A stretch of 64,000 nt of DNA. It comes from an uncultured Pseudomonadales bacterium (GTDB lineage: Bacteria > Pseudomonadota > Gammaproteobacteria > Pseudomonadales > UBA7434). Location of the stretch: positions 316,264 to 380,263 of the forward strand of contig CALSRU010000005.1 of assembly GCA_943788835.1 (NCBI GenBank), read 5' to 3'. The notes under the pieces are model-generated. The model searched no databases. It had not been told where the DNA came from and worked only from the letters and a program-made list of their open reading frames with translations. A program made the translations under genes and the position numbers. This document shows, piece after piece, positions 29,996-40,307 of the stretch (the stretch's first letter is position 1; every line of letters starts with the position of its first letter).

Positions 29996-32047
29996 CTACA
30001 GCGTTTCGCTAACCACTTGTTGCATTACTTGCTTGGTCGCCGGCGCGCTGCCGCCGACTTCAGTAGAGCTCAATTGCTCGTTGGTTTGTGCCTGTGGCAG
30101 TTGGGCGAGACGTGCAGCAATACGCTGTTCAATGCTAGCAGCATCGAGCCCGCACTCAGTCAGTAGTTGGCTGCGCGTGCCCTGGTCTACAAAGCGATCG
30201 GGCAGACCCAGCTGCAAAATTGGCAGGTTGATTCCCACACTATTTAAATGTTCGCAAACTGCGCTGCCGGCACCCCCCATAATGCTATTTTCTTCGAGGG
30301 TGATTAATAATTCATGGCTGGCGGCCAGCTTTTCAATCAGTTGCGAATCGAGCGGTTTAACAAAGCGCATATCGACTACGGTAAGGCCAAGTGCCTTAGC
30401 CGCGGTTAATGCGGCAGGTAACAACGTGCCAAAATTCAGAATGGCTGCGGAGTGACCATCATGCCTGACCACGCCTTTGCCAATCGGCAGGGCTTGCATA
30501 TCGGTATCGATAGTTGCGCCAGGACCCGAGCCCCGCGGATAGCGCACGGCAGCTGGGCCGCAGTGTTGGTAGGCGGTGTAAAGTAGTTGACGTGTTTCAT
30601 TTTCATCGGATGGCGCCGCGATCAACAAGTTGGGTATGCAGCGTAAAAAAGAAAAGTCGAAGCTGCCTGCATGCGAGGGCCCGTCTTCGCCGACAAGTCC
30701 AGCACGATCCAGCGCAAAGGTAACATTGAGATCTTGCAGCGCGACATCGTGTATCAGCTGATCATAGCCGCGTTGTAAAAATGTGGAATAAATTGCCACC
30801 ACGGGTTTCATTCCGGCCGCTGCCAGGCCGGCGGCAAGTGTGACAGCGTGCTGCTCAGCGATAGCCACATCGTGGTAGCGCTCGGCGAATTGGTTGGCAA
30901 ATTCAACCATGCCTGAGCCTTCGCACATGGCTGGTGTGATGCCAATTAGCTTGTCGTCTTGCTCGGCCATATCACACAGCCAGTCGCCAAAAATTTGCTG
31001 GTACTTAGGTTTTGATAACTTGTTCGGGGTAGGCTCTGTTTGGGCCGTTTGTTCGCTTAATGTAGCTGATTTTTCATCTTCAATGGCCTTGACGCTAGCA
31101 GGTTTCTCTATCTTGTTAATGGCATGATAGCCCACCGGGTCGGCCTCGGCTGGGGCGAAGCCCTTGCCCTTAATGGTGCTTATATGGAGCAGGCGTGGGC
31201 CTTTCATGGTGAGCATGTTGCGCAGCGTGTGAATCAGCGACGTTAAATCATGTCCATCCATGGGTCCAATATAATTAAAACCTAACTCTTCAAATAGTGT
31301 TGCTGGCGCCACCATGCCTTTCATGTGCTCTTCGGTGCGTTTAGCTAGCTCCGAAGCTGGAGGTATTTTTGCCAGCACTTTTTTGCCTTGTTCGCGAAGC
31401 TGAATGTAAGGTTTGCTGGCCCAAATTTTTGCAAAGTACGTAGCTAGGCCACCAATATTTTTAGAAATGGACATTTGATTGTCGTTGAGAACAACCAATA
31501 AATTGGCACCGGTATCGGCTGCATGATTGAGGGCTTCAAAGGCCATGCCTGCGGTCATGGCGCCGTCGCCAATGACGGCCACCGCTTGACGCTCTTCATG
31601 CTGCGCTCGGTTGGCCAGCGCGATACCTAAAGCGGCGCTAATACTGGTGCTAGAGTGGCCCGTGCCAAACGCGTCATACTCACTTTCACCACGCTTTGGG
31701 AAGCCTGCCAAGCCATTGGCTTGGCGCATGGTATGCATTTGCTGCCGTCGGCCGGTGAGGATTTTATGTGGATAGGTTTGGTGGCCCACATCCCAAACTA
31801 AAGCGTCGCGGGGGGTATCGAGCAAGTAATGCAAGGCAATAGTAAGCTCGATGACGCCCAAGCCTGCGCCAAAATGTCCGCCGGAACGGCCAACGCTATA
31901 AAGCAATTCTTCACGTAATTCGTCGGCTAGCTGCGGCAATTGCTGCTCATCAAGCGCACGTAAGTCTGCTGGCCAACGCACAGCGTCGAGTAATGGCGTC
32001 GCGGGCTGCTGATGAGGTATGTTTTGATAAAGGCGAGAAGTGCTCAT
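29996..32047 (-). CDS. dxs: 1-deoxy-D-xylulose-5-phosphate synthase
   Basis: [23 protein letters not shown]...[23 protein letters not shown]. Confidence 0.97.
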   Translation of the reverse strand: MSTSRLYQNIPHQQPATPLLDAVRWPADLRALDEQQLPQLADELREELLYSVGRSGGHFGAGLGVIELTIALHYLLDTPRDALVWDVGHQTYPHKILTGRRQQMHTMRQANGLAGFPKRGESEYDAFGTGHSSTSISAALGIALANRAQHEERQAVAVIGDGAMTAGMAFEALNHAADTGANLLVVLNDNQMSISKNIGGLATYFAKIWASKPYIQLREQGKKVLAKIPPASELAKRTEEHMKGMVAPATLFEELGFNYIGPMDGHDLTSLIHTLRNMLTMKGPRLLHISTIKGKGFAPAEADPVGYHAINKIEKPASVKAIEDEKSATLSEQTAQTEPTPNKLSKPKYQQIFGDWLCDMAEQDDKLIGITPAMCEGSGMVEFANQFAERYHDVAIAEQHAVTLAAGLAAAGMKPVVAIYSTFLQRGYDQLIHDVALQDLNVTFALDRAGLVGEDGPSHAGSFDFSFLRCIPNLLIAAPSDENETRQLLYTAYQHCGPAAVRYPRGSGPGATIDTDMQALPIGKGVVRHDGHSAAILNFGTLLPAALTAAKALGLTVVDMRFVKPLDSQLIEKLAASHELLITLEENSIMGGAGSAVCEHLNSVGINLPILQLGLPDRFVDQGTRSQLLTECGLDAASIEQRIAARLAQLPQAQTNEQLSSTEVGGSAPATKQVMQQVVSETL

Positions 32048-32270
32048 GGTATTCGGTACGTTGGTGTCAGTCGGTAGCCTTGCTATAGCAAAGCAGCTTG
32101 TATGAACTCAGCACGGCGTTACAACTGAAATGGTACATGAAAAAGTCAGCCTATGCCTGCAGTGCTAGGGACTGCCGCATGTAATTGCTATGGGAATGCG
32201 ATTTTGTACTGCAGATCCTCACCATAACAAGCCCTTTAATATTGGCATTTGCGGCCTGTGCCACGCTACT

Positions 32271-33215
32271 TTACGCTTTTCGCGAGATTACATAAGTTGC
32301 TAGCAGCCGCAGGGGTTCGGCACCAGGGCCGAGCGACTCAAGTGCGGTGAGGGCTTCATCACAGACCCGCAGCGCATAATCGCGCGCACCGTTAAGGCCG
32401 AGCAATGCTGGGAATGTAGGCTTGTTGGCCGCCACATCAGCACCCTGTGTTTTACCTGTAATATCGGGCGAGCCCTCAATATCGATAATGTCATCCTGAA
32501 TTTGAAATGCCAACCCTAGTGCGCATGCATAGCGGCTGAGTGCTTCGCGCTGCAAGTTGCTCGCATTGGCACAAATGGCGCCTAAATCGATAGCGCACTC
32601 AATAAGTGCACCTGTTTTTAAGCGATGCATCTCAATGAGTTGTTCGAGCGAAACATTTGAGTCCACAGCAGCTAAATCAATAGCTTGGCCGCCCACCATG
32701 CCGCTAGCGCCTGATGCTCGCGCGAGCGCTTGAATGAGTTGTAAGCTTTGCCCGGTATCTTGAGTCGACGCGCGGGCGAGCAGCTCAAAGGCAAGTGCTT
32801 GGAGTGCATCACCAGCCAAAATGGCATTGGCTTCACCGAATTCAATGTGACAGGTGGGCTGCCCTCGGCGCAGGGTGTCATCGTCCATTGCGGGCAGGTC
32901 ATCATGAATCAGCGAGTAGCAGTGTATTAGCTCTATCGCTGCTGCTGCTGTATCGGTATTTGTTGCTTCATGTTCGCTTAGATCGAGGCCGCAGCACTGT
33001 GCGCCCATGTATACGAGCATGGCGCGTATTCGCTTGCCCCCATTGAGTGAACTGTACTCTAGCGCGTCGAGCAGGGTCACTAAGCGCGGATTGGATTGCA
33101 GTGGCAGACGGTTGGCAGCGAATATCTGTTGCAAGTGTGTTTCGAAGCGGGGACGATAACACTCAAAATAAGCAGCGAGTGGGTCAGTCATCGATGCTTT
33201 CTGTGTCGAGGTCAT
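32271..33215 (-). CDS. ispA: Farnesyl diphosphate synthase
   Basis: GGKRIR, HDDLPAMDDD.LRRG, KTGAL, FQIQDDIID; start may be 33191. Confidence 0.93.
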   Translation of the reverse strand: MTSTQKASMTDPLAAYFECYRPRFETHLQQIFAANRLPLQSNPRLVTLLDALEYSSLNGGKRIRAMLVYMGAQCCGLDLSEHEATNTDTAAAAIELIHCYSLIHDDLPAMDDDTLRRGQPTCHIEFGEANAILAGDALQALAFELLARASTQDTGQSLQLIQALARASGASGMVGGQAIDLAAVDSNVSLEQLIEMHRLKTGALIECAIDLGAICANASNLQREALSRYACALGLAFQIQDDIIDIEGSPDITGKTQGADVAANKPTFPALLGLNGARDYALRVCDEALTALESLGPGAEPLRLLATYVISRKA

Positions 33216-33429
33216 TCAGTTGCAGCTCAGCATTCTTCTCGGTCAGCACTTTGATGGTTTGCTCGGCGTCGGTAAGCGCCGTTTGGCAGGCTCTAGTGAG
33301 CGAAACCCCCTCTTCAAACTGTTTGAGCGACTGCTCAAGGCTCAGGTCCCCTGTTTCGAGGCACTCAACGATTTCTTCTAGGCGTTCGAGAGAGGTTTCG
33401 AAGTCGGGTGTTTTTTTGCTGCGGGCCAT
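33184..33429 (-). CDS. xseB: Exodeoxyribonuclease VII small subunit
   Basis: FETSLERLEEIV..LE.G.LSLEQSL..FEEGV; xseB-ispA-dxs operon. Confidence 0.93.
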   Translation of the reverse strand: MARSKKTPDFETSLERLEEIVECLETGDLSLEQSLKQFEEGVSLTRACQTALTDAEQTIKVLTEKNAELQLNDLDTESIDD

Positions 33430-33735
33430 AATAGAAATTCTTCAAAGAATGTTGAGGATGAACCGCTTGATCCCATCGCTGTAGGCTGACCAACCGGTAG
33501 ATTTAGTGAGTACAAGCAGCATGCCTGTGGTAGGGGATTTTAGCCCCTCCAGGCCTTACTCGGATAGATGACATTAGCCCGTTCAATAATTCGTTGTATC
33601 TTTTCAGGCGCATCTCAAAATGTCAATTCAACATCGTTGTTACGTGCATACTGGCTGCTTTTCTTTCACGATTAACGAACCGACCGAGTCGCACATTCCT
33701 TTTCTTGCAGTAATGCCACAAAGATCAATAAACGC

Positions 33736-33762
33736 TTCAGTTTTTGTGAATTCTGCCGATTC
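33736..33762 (+). promoter_or_regulatory. Possible sigma28 (FliA) promoter for pomAB
   Basis: TTCAG-N14-GCCGATTC, an imperfect match to TCAAG/TAAAG-N14-GCCGATAA, about 270 nt upstream of pomA. Confidence 0.25.
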
Positions 33763-34033
33763 CTAACTAAACTTGATGAATAATGCATTTTGTTGGCAGA
33801 ATCGTCTATGAATTGGCTAAACGGCACTAAAGAGTCGGTTTCAAAAGCGTTTATTAGAGCAGGGGCGACGTGTTTAGCTGCTCGCTCATTGTTCGGATCA
33901 ATTGTTACTAGCCAGGTGCTACAGTCAATCAGTACTCGCATGAGGCCATCTTTGGCATTTGGGCGCATCGCGTGTGAATTTCGTATACCTAGCGATATGA
34001 CGCTGTAATTTCGCAGCAATCGGAGTTGAATTA

Positions 34034-34795
34034 GTGGATTTAGCAACCTTACTTGGGGTTCTTGGGGCTTTTGGCGTCGTCGCTGGTGCTATGACCATGA
34101 GTGGCGGCATTGGCATCTACGTTGATGTGGCCTCGATACTCATTGTTTTTGCGGGGACCATTTTTGTGGTCTTGGTGAAGTTCAACGTCCGCCAATTTTT
34201 GGGCTGTTTTAAAGTAGCCGGTAAGGCTTTTATGTTTAAGCTGGTAGCGCCGCTAGATTTGATTGAAGAGGTAGTCGCACTTGCGGATATCGCACGTAAA
34301 AATGGCCTGCTTGCCCTCGAAGATAAAGAAGTAAGCGATGATTTTTTAAAATCCGGTATTCAATTACTAGTCGATGGGCACGACGCTGAGGTGGTCAGAC
34401 AGCTGTTAACCAAAGACATGCTCGAGACCGTAAAGCGGCATGATAGTGGGGCTAAAATTTGGAAGCAGATTGGCGATGTGGCGCCCGCAATGGGTATGGT
34501 GGGAACGCTTATCGGATTGGTGGCAATGCTTGCTAACATGAATGACCCATCCGCTATCGGCCCATCCATGGCAATCGCTTTGCTAACCACACTCTACGGG
34601 TCAATGATTGCCAACATGCTGGCAATACCCATATCGGACAAAGTTGCCTTACGCAAAGAGGAGGAAGGCCGCATCAAAAGTATGATTATCGATGCCATTA
34701 TCGGTATTCAGGCCGGCCAAAACCCTCGCGTTATTGATTCCATCTTACGTAATTACTTGCCACTGAGTCAGCGAGCCGACGGTAACGATGAGTAG
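34034..34795 (+). CDS. pomA: Flagellar stator subunit PomA/MotA (Na+-type)
   Basis: MDLATLLG, ARKNGLLALE, APAMGMVGTLIGLV, ALLTTLYG. Confidence 0.9.
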   Translation: MDLATLLGVLGAFGVVAGAMTMSGGIGIYVDVASILIVFAGTIFVVLVKFNVRQFLGCFKVAGKAFMFKLVAPLDLIEEVVALADIARKNGLLALEDKEVSDDFLKSGIQLLVDGHDAEVVRQLLTKDMLETVKRHDSGAKIWKQIGDVAPAMGMVGTLIGLVAMLANMNDPSAIGPSMAIALLTTLYGSMIANMLAIPISDKVALRKEEEGRIKSMIIDAIIGIQAGQNPRVIDSILRNYLPLSQRADGNDE

Positions 34796-34858
34796 GCTGG
34801 CGACGTCAGTTTTTATTCAGCCTCGGCGCTATTCAATGAGCTTTTGTTGTGAGCGTGC

Positions 34859-35842
34859 ATGTCTGAGATAGATCAAGATTGCGATTGCCCGCCTGAGGGA
34901 TTACCTGCCTATATGGCAACGTTTTCCGATCTCATGGCGCTGCTCATGTGCTTTTTTGTGCTGCTTTTATCTTTTGCTGAGTTAGACATTATAAAATTCC
35001 AACGGTTAGCCGGATCCCTAAAAATGGCATTTGGTGTGCAGCGCCAGATTTCAGCGAACGACATACCTAAAGGCACCAGTATTATTTTTCAAGAGTTTAG
35101 CCCGGGTCGCCCTGAGCCGACGCCTATTAATAGCGTTAGGCAGCATACGACTGACGAGCAACAAGAGAACTTGCAAGTTGAATGTACACCGGATCAGCTA
35201 ACGACAATAAGAAGCATCAATGAAATACGTAATAACGAGGATTCCGCGTTTGTTGAGCAGCTTGCTGAATTAATTAAAGATACACGCGAGGACGCTGTTG
35301 CGCTGGCCAATGCTTTGGCTGAGCAAATCCGTGCTGGCGATGTTGAAATCGAGACGCGAGGCCGAAAAATCACGGTGCGCATTAAAGAAAAGGGGTCTTT
35401 TGCCTCAGGCTCAGCTACTTTGCAAAGTGGCTTTGAACTTGTCTTGCAAGATGTGCGTGATGTGCTCTCGGGTATGGGCGGTAAGATTCATGTTCAGGGC
35501 CATACCGATAATATCGCTATCAGTACCTCGCGCTACCGGTCTAACTGGGAACTCTCTACTGCCCGCGCAGTCAGCGTTGCCGAAGAGCTGTTAAGTGAGG
35601 ATGTCATTAACCCTCAGCGTTTTACTGTAAGTGGTTTTAGCTATACCAAACCGTTAGCTGATAATAGTGAGTTTGAAAATCGCGCAATTAATCGGCGTGT
35701 TGAAATAGTGATTAATCAAGATGAAAATGACGCGGTTGCCGAGGGTTTGCAAGAGTTGCAGCAGGCAAGCGGCCCGCCATTTCGGCAGTTGGACGTGAAG
35801 CTGACCCCGCGATTTAATGTGCAGCCTGACGAGATTTTCTAG
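34859..35842 (+). CDS. pomB: Flagellar stator subunit PomB/MotB
   Basis: YMATFSDLMALLMCFFVLLLSF TM with the conserved Asp (Vibrio PomB-like); OmpA-like GHTD, NWELSTARA, NRRVEI. Confidence 0.88.
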   Translation: MSEIDQDCDCPPEGLPAYMATFSDLMALLMCFFVLLLSFAELDIIKFQRLAGSLKMAFGVQRQISANDIPKGTSIIFQEFSPGRPEPTPINSVRQHTTDEQQENLQVECTPDQLTTIRSINEIRNNEDSAFVEQLAELIKDTREDAVALANALAEQIRAGDVEIETRGRKITVRIKEKGSFASGSATLQSGFELVLQDVRDVLSGMGGKIHVQGHTDNIAISTSRYRSNWELSTARAVSVAEELLSEDVINPQRFTVSGFSYTKPLADNSEFENRAINRRVEIVINQDENDAVAEGLQELQQASGPPFRQLDVKLTPRFNVQPDEIF

Positions 35843-35861
35843 CGGCGTTCATCACATACGA

Positions 35862-36575
35862 TTAAACCTTTGTCCGCAGGAATTCGAGATGCACCGCATC
35901 TAGTAGTCGATGCATTAACTGATTGGCCTCTCTGAATTGCGCTGCATCACCCATGATTTGGCTGAGTGATTGAACCGCAGGACTGCTGTCAGCGAGGTCG
36001 CTGGCGCTTGCTTGGGCTACGCGCAAGGCGGTTGCCGAATCAAATTCTAAATGGAATTGTAAGCCGATAATGCGATCATTCGCGACAAAGGCCTGGTTCT
36101 TACAAGCGTGTGATCGGTACCAATGAATGGCCCCGTCAGGAATCGCGAACGTGTCGCCATGCCAGTGGAGTGGGGTGAATGTTGCGGGTAGCACGTCAGC
36201 GAGCCAGTGCTCAGTTTGGATATTTTGGCTAACTAATTCAACGGCAAACCAGCCTATCTCTAGGTGGGAGCTTTTGCTAACTGGTGCGTGCATGGCGGTT
36301 GCGATTAATTGAGCACCCAGGCAGATTCCGAGCATAAATTTATTGGCATCTATGCAGGCCTTGATGAAATCTATTTCGGGTTTCATCCACGATGGTTGGT
36401 CAGTAACACTCATTGGGCCGCCGAGAATAATACAGCAATCGATATCGGCCGGGTCTGGGTAGGCGGTGTTTTGAGTGCAGCAGTGATGAATTACGGTGTG
36501 ATCATGTTGTTCGGCCCAGCTTTTGATAGCGGCTGGCCCCTCAAATGGAACATGCTGTAAAACAAGTAACTTCAT
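35862..36575 (-). CDS. Type 1 glutamine amidotransferase-like protein
   Basis: LQHVPFEGP, GGPMS, GICLGAQ, WHGD, QFHLE. Confidence 0.88.
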   Translation of the reverse strand: MKLLVLQHVPFEGPAAIKSWAEQHDHTVIHHCCTQNTAYPDPADIDCCIILGGPMSVTDQPSWMKPEIDFIKACIDANKFMLGICLGAQLIATAMHAPVSKSSHLEIGWFAVELVSQNIQTEHWLADVLPATFTPLHWHGDTFAIPDGAIHWYRSHACKNQAFVANDRIIGLQFHLEFDSATALRVAQASASDLADSSPAVQSLSQIMGDAAQFREANQLMHRLLDAVHLEFLRTKV

Positions 36576-36757
36576 TACTTAAGTATAGGCTTGAGCCGAG
36601 GCTTACGCTGTAAAATCTATCTCGCAAATCAGTGGGTCAAGGTAGCCATTGATTTAATGTGTGCCCGATTCGTTGTTTAATTATGAGTTTTTGCCAGTTA
36701 AACTGAAGTTTTGAAATGGCATAACTAATTGTTAAACACATGGGTTGAGTTGCTGTT

Positions 36758-37384
36758 GTGAATGATGAAGATATAAATGACGAGGGGGCTTTTTTTCGCG
36801 ATCAATTAGCGGATATAAAGCCCTTAAAAAAAACTAATAAAGCATCAATTAGGAAGCCTCCGCCTAGCCCCGAGCAGTTGGCTTTGGCGCGAAAGCGCGC
36901 TGAAGTTGGTTTGCATGAGGATTATGTTACCGAGGGCGCTACCGGAGAGAGTTATGTATCAGACGATTATGTCGATATGCTCAAGCCCGATGATTTTCTT
37001 GATTATAAAAAGCCGGGTGTGCAAGATGGTGTATTCAAAAAGTTGCGGTTGGGCAAGTATGTAATTGACGGCCGCCTTGATTTACACCGCAAAACGGTTA
37101 AGCAAGCACGTGCAGAGGTTTTCAGTTTTGTACGGGAGGCGATGACTTATGACTCGCGAACGTTGTTAATTCTTCATGGTAAAGGCGAGCGCAACGTGGA
37201 GCGCCCGGCAGTGCTTAAAAGTTATGTTGCAAAGTGGCTCAAAGAGTTGCCTGAAGTACTGGCTTTTCATACCGCGCAGCAACGGCATGGCGGCTTGGGG
37301 GCAGTCTATGTATTACTGCGCAAAAGTGAAAAATTAAAAGAAAAAGCACGTGAGGAGCACTCTGGACGGCGAGGGCTTAAATGA
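36758..37384 (+). CDS. smrA: Smr-domain endonuclease SmrA
   Basis: GVQDGVFKKLRLGKY, LDLH, HGKG, HGGLGAVYVLLRK. Confidence 0.85.
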   Translation: MNDEDINDEGAFFRDQLADIKPLKKTNKASIRKPPPSPEQLALARKRAEVGLHEDYVTEGATGESYVSDDYVDMLKPDDFLDYKKPGVQDGVFKKLRLGKYVIDGRLDLHRKTVKQARAEVFSFVREAMTYDSRTLLILHGKGERNVERPAVLKSYVAKWLKELPEVLAFHTAQQRHGGLGAVYVLLRKSEKLKEKAREEHSGRRGLK

Positions 37385-37421
37385 ACTTTGATGGCGCAGG
37401 CTTCAATAAGGTTTTTGTTTT

Positions 37422-37919
37422 ATGCAGAAGGTAGTGATCTTGGCTGATGTGCAAAACATCTACTATACGACCAGAGAAGTAATGGGCTGCAACTTTGATT
37501 ACAACCAGTTTTGGGCGCAGGCGACAGCCAATAGGCAGGTGGTTAGAGCCTTCGCTTATGCGGTTGATCGAAATGACGAAAAACAAAAGCAATTTCAAAA
37601 TATATTAAGAGCAATCGGCTTTGACGTTAAACTCAAGCCACTCATACAGCGCTCAGATGGTTCGGCCAAGGGCGACTGGGATGTAGGTATAACCATTGAT
37701 GCACTTGATTATGTAGATCAGGCAGATGTCGTGGTATTAGCTTCTGGCGATGGTGATTTTGCTTTGCTTGTTGATAGGCTTAAAAAAAAGCAGGGGCTTG
37801 TGGTGGACGTTTATGGTGTCGAGCAGTTAAGCGCTGCATCACTCATTCAATCGGCAACGCATTTTTTCCCCATTAAAGGCAGCTTATTGCTACAAAAATC
37901 AGCGCTACCCAACTCATGA
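37422..37919 (+). CDS. NYN-domain (LabA/DUF88, PIN-like) protein
   Basis: DVQNIYY, KGDWDVGITID, SGDGDF. Confidence 0.88.
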   Translation: MQKVVILADVQNIYYTTREVMGCNFDYNQFWAQATANRQVVRAFAYAVDRNDEKQKQFQNILRAIGFDVKLKPLIQRSDGSAKGDWDVGITIDALDYVDQADVVVLASGDGDFALLVDRLKKKQGLVVDVYGVEQLSAASLIQSATHFFPIKGSLLLQKSALPNS

Positions 37920-37932
37920 GTCGGGCGATTTT

Positions 37933-38601
37933 TTAGAAAGGCAGTTCAGCGTTTACATACTTTGCTTTGGTGGCTTGCTTAGTTAGGTTTTCAAAGGTAG
38001 TAAATGGGGAGTTAATGATGAGTCGGTTGAGTAGCCAGCCAGGTATGGCCCCATTCGGGTTCATGTGTATTTCAAAAATGGTATGGGTATTACCATCCTC
38101 TAAAGGCGTAAACTGCCAGCTTGCATTGGCCCGCTCAATTCTCACAATGTTTTTTTCCTTGGCTGTGATGCGGATAATCTCATCGGCGACTGCCGTACTT
38201 TGCATCGTTACTTGGCCCTCGCCATTTTTGCTCCACTTTACGTGAGCGAGAACTTCGCGATCTTTTACCGGCCAAGGCATGTCGTTGTGGGTATAGATGA
38301 AAGCCTCTTGATCAGAAGGCTGGTGCTGAATATAAGATTCGGCACAAAGGTCAGCCCACTCGGGGCAGGCTGGAGCATCGTTAATCACCGCAACTAATTT
38401 AGCAACGTTGACTGGTAGTATCGCCTCGCCGCGAACAGCTTTATATTTGGAGTTCTCAACACTGCGCAAAAAGGTTTGCACACCGTTTTTAGTAGCCGCT
38501 GGCCGCCACTCATCGGCGGCTACGTTGCTTTGCATGAAGCTGGCTAACAAGATAATGGTGAAATAAATAAGCGGCGTGTATGGGTTTTTCTTGGTATTCA
38601 T
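37933..38601 (-). CDS. START-domain lipid-binding protein, exported
   Basis: Signal peptide, W....KNGVQTF, MPWPVKDRE, NPNGAIPGWL; start taken at MNTKKNP. Confidence 0.8.
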   Translation of the reverse strand: MNTKKNPYTPLIYFTIILLASFMQSNVAADEWRPAATKNGVQTFLRSVENSKYKAVRGEAILPVNVAKLVAVINDAPACPEWADLCAESYIQHQPSDQEAFIYTHNDMPWPVKDREVLAHVKWSKNGEGQVTMQSTAVADEIIRITAKEKNIVRIERANASWQFTPLEDGNTHTIFEIHMNPNGAIPGWLLNRLIINSPFTTFENLTKQATKAKYVNAELPF

Positions 38602-38732
38602 AGTTTGGTATGGCTCAGGTGGTCGTGCGTGTCGAGTGGTGGTTGTCTCGCATTGATGTGGTTTCATGCGAGTCAATTTGGCAGCGTATAGTGCATAATG
38701 ACCGTTAGAAAAAGCGGGCTGATGCCGAAGCT

Positions 38733-39656
38733 TTAAAAAATGATTAGTCCATATTTAAGCAGCGTTTTAGGTAAAACGCTATCGAGGTTCTTAAGATCAT
38801 CAGCTGAGACTTCAAAATAAGATAAGTTGTTGGCTTTGTAATAATCTAGCCGTCCGAATTTTGCGTTAAGTGCAGCGCCTGCGTCTTTGGCATGCCAGCA
38901 TTCAATATATAAATGAGCCGCGGGTAGGTAAAAGTCGCAAGTGCCAAGCTCTCGGTCGGGTAGCTCGCGCTGGTAGGCATGAGATACCCCCATCAAGTAA
39001 AACCAATCGTCCAACAACAGATCTTCCCGATGGTCGAGCTTATGCCCATCCATTGCGCGCCACTCATCGCTTGGCGGCGCCACACTAAAGTCCAGGATTT
39101 GTTGGTCGATTGTGTCTGCTGCAGCATTTGCCTGCGTGGCTACCTTGGTAGGCTCGCTGGATGTGCGCAATGCGAGTAGTGCTGGGGCGAGGCGTTCATT
39201 GTCGAGAATAGTGCGTGGCCAAAGCGTATAAGGAACACCAGACTCGTCATCCTCGTGTTCTTTGCCACCCAGTTTGTTGCCGACGGTTGTCAGTATCCAG
39301 CCGCGATGAAAGCGCTTTTGCCAGCCTAATTCCGCCAGTAATGCATTAAAGCGGTGAGCTGAAATGCCAAGCTCTTGACCAATTATGCGAGTGCGAAGCG
39401 GACGGTTAAACAATTCATCAAAAATAACATGTTCAATAACTGATTCGGGCCAGCCTATATATTCACCAAACTTTTTACTGGTGACGTAATCACCCCCTTC
39501 AAATTGCCCTTTGCCGGTGAGCTTCCAAAGGTCGCCGACGCGTTCTATCCAGCCTTTGGCGACCAGTAATTCGAAGATGGTTTTCGCGGGGAGGTCGAGT
39601 TTTTTAGCCAATGCGGATGTTGATAGAAGGCTGTTAAGTTGAAAGTTGTTACCCAT
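38733..39656 (-). CDS. Tandem winged-helix (antirepressor KilAC-like) repeats plus a C-terminal PD-(D/E)XK-like nuclease domain
   Basis: Two repeats of STS.LAK.L....FE.L...GW....W.LT.KG...GG; C-terminal CDFYLP..LYIECW. Confidence 0.6.
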   Translation of the reverse strand: MGNNFQLNSLLSTSALAKKLDLPAKTIFELLVAKGWIERVGDLWKLTGKGQFEGGDYVTSKKFGEYIGWPESVIEHVIFDELFNRPLRTRIIGQELGISAHRFNALLAELGWQKRFHRGWILTTVGNKLGGKEHEDDESGVPYTLWPRTILDNERLAPALLALRTSSEPTKVATQANAAADTIDQQILDFSVAPPSDEWRAMDGHKLDHREDLLLDDWFYLMGVSHAYQRELPDRELGTCDFYLPAAHLYIECWHAKDAGAALNAKFGRLDYYKANNLSYFEVSADDLKNLDSVLPKTLLKYGLIIF

Positions 39657-39663
39657 GGAGCAC

Positions 39664-40083
39664 CTAGAAAGGTCTGATCACGACGAGCAAGACAATGGCA
39701 AACAGTGCAATGACAGGCGCTTCATTAAACCAACGAAAAAAGATGTGAGAGCGAATCTCGCTATTGTTGGCCAACAGTTCAATATAGCGACCACATTGAA
39801 TGTGGTAGGCAACCAGGCCGACAACAAAGATTAGCTTAAGCCACATCCATGGGGCTGACCAATAATAGCTAGGATTTGATAGCGTGAGGGCCGTGCCCAA
39901 AAGTACTGCTAGCACCGCAAATGGCGTTACAAAACGGAAGAGTTTGCGCTCCATTATGCTCAATTGCGCTCGAGTTTCGGCGTGCTCAGACATGGCGTGA
40001 TACACGAATAGCCGCGGAAGATAAAAGATGCCGGCGAACCAGCACACGACAAATATGATATGGAAGGCTTTGAGCCAGAGCAT
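39664..40083 (-). CDS. hemJ: Protoporphyrinogen IX oxidase HemJ
   Basis: WLKAFHIIFVVCWFAGIFYLPRLFVYH, MERKL, FRWFNEAP. Confidence 0.92.
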   Translation of the reverse strand: MLWLKAFHIIFVVCWFAGIFYLPRLFVYHAMSEHAETRAQLSIMERKLFRFVTPFAVLAVLLGTALTLSNPSYYWSAPWMWLKLIFVVGLVAYHIQCGRYIELLANNSEIRSHIFFRWFNEAPVIALFAIVLLVVIRPF

Positions 40084-40307
40084 TCGCGCACGCTTCAATT
40101 AAGTGGGTGGGCCCTGATTATCTCTGTCAGGACGCATACAATGCAAAGAATGTACTTTGTTTTTGATGAGTTGAATCTTATCATCGTTTGCTACATTCGT
40201 GGGCTGTTTAAATGATGCGCCACGCCGACCGTTTACCAGCTAAGGCCGCGGTGTGTTTTCCCACAGCATGGCCGTTATTTTAAAACTCATTCTTTCAGGT
40301 AGTTATC

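Noticed and set aside
34034-35842. pomAB isolated from other flagellar genes as a novelty
   Set aside because: Placement divergent from xseB-ispA-dxs is the known arrangement in Vibrio/Shewanella-like bacteria
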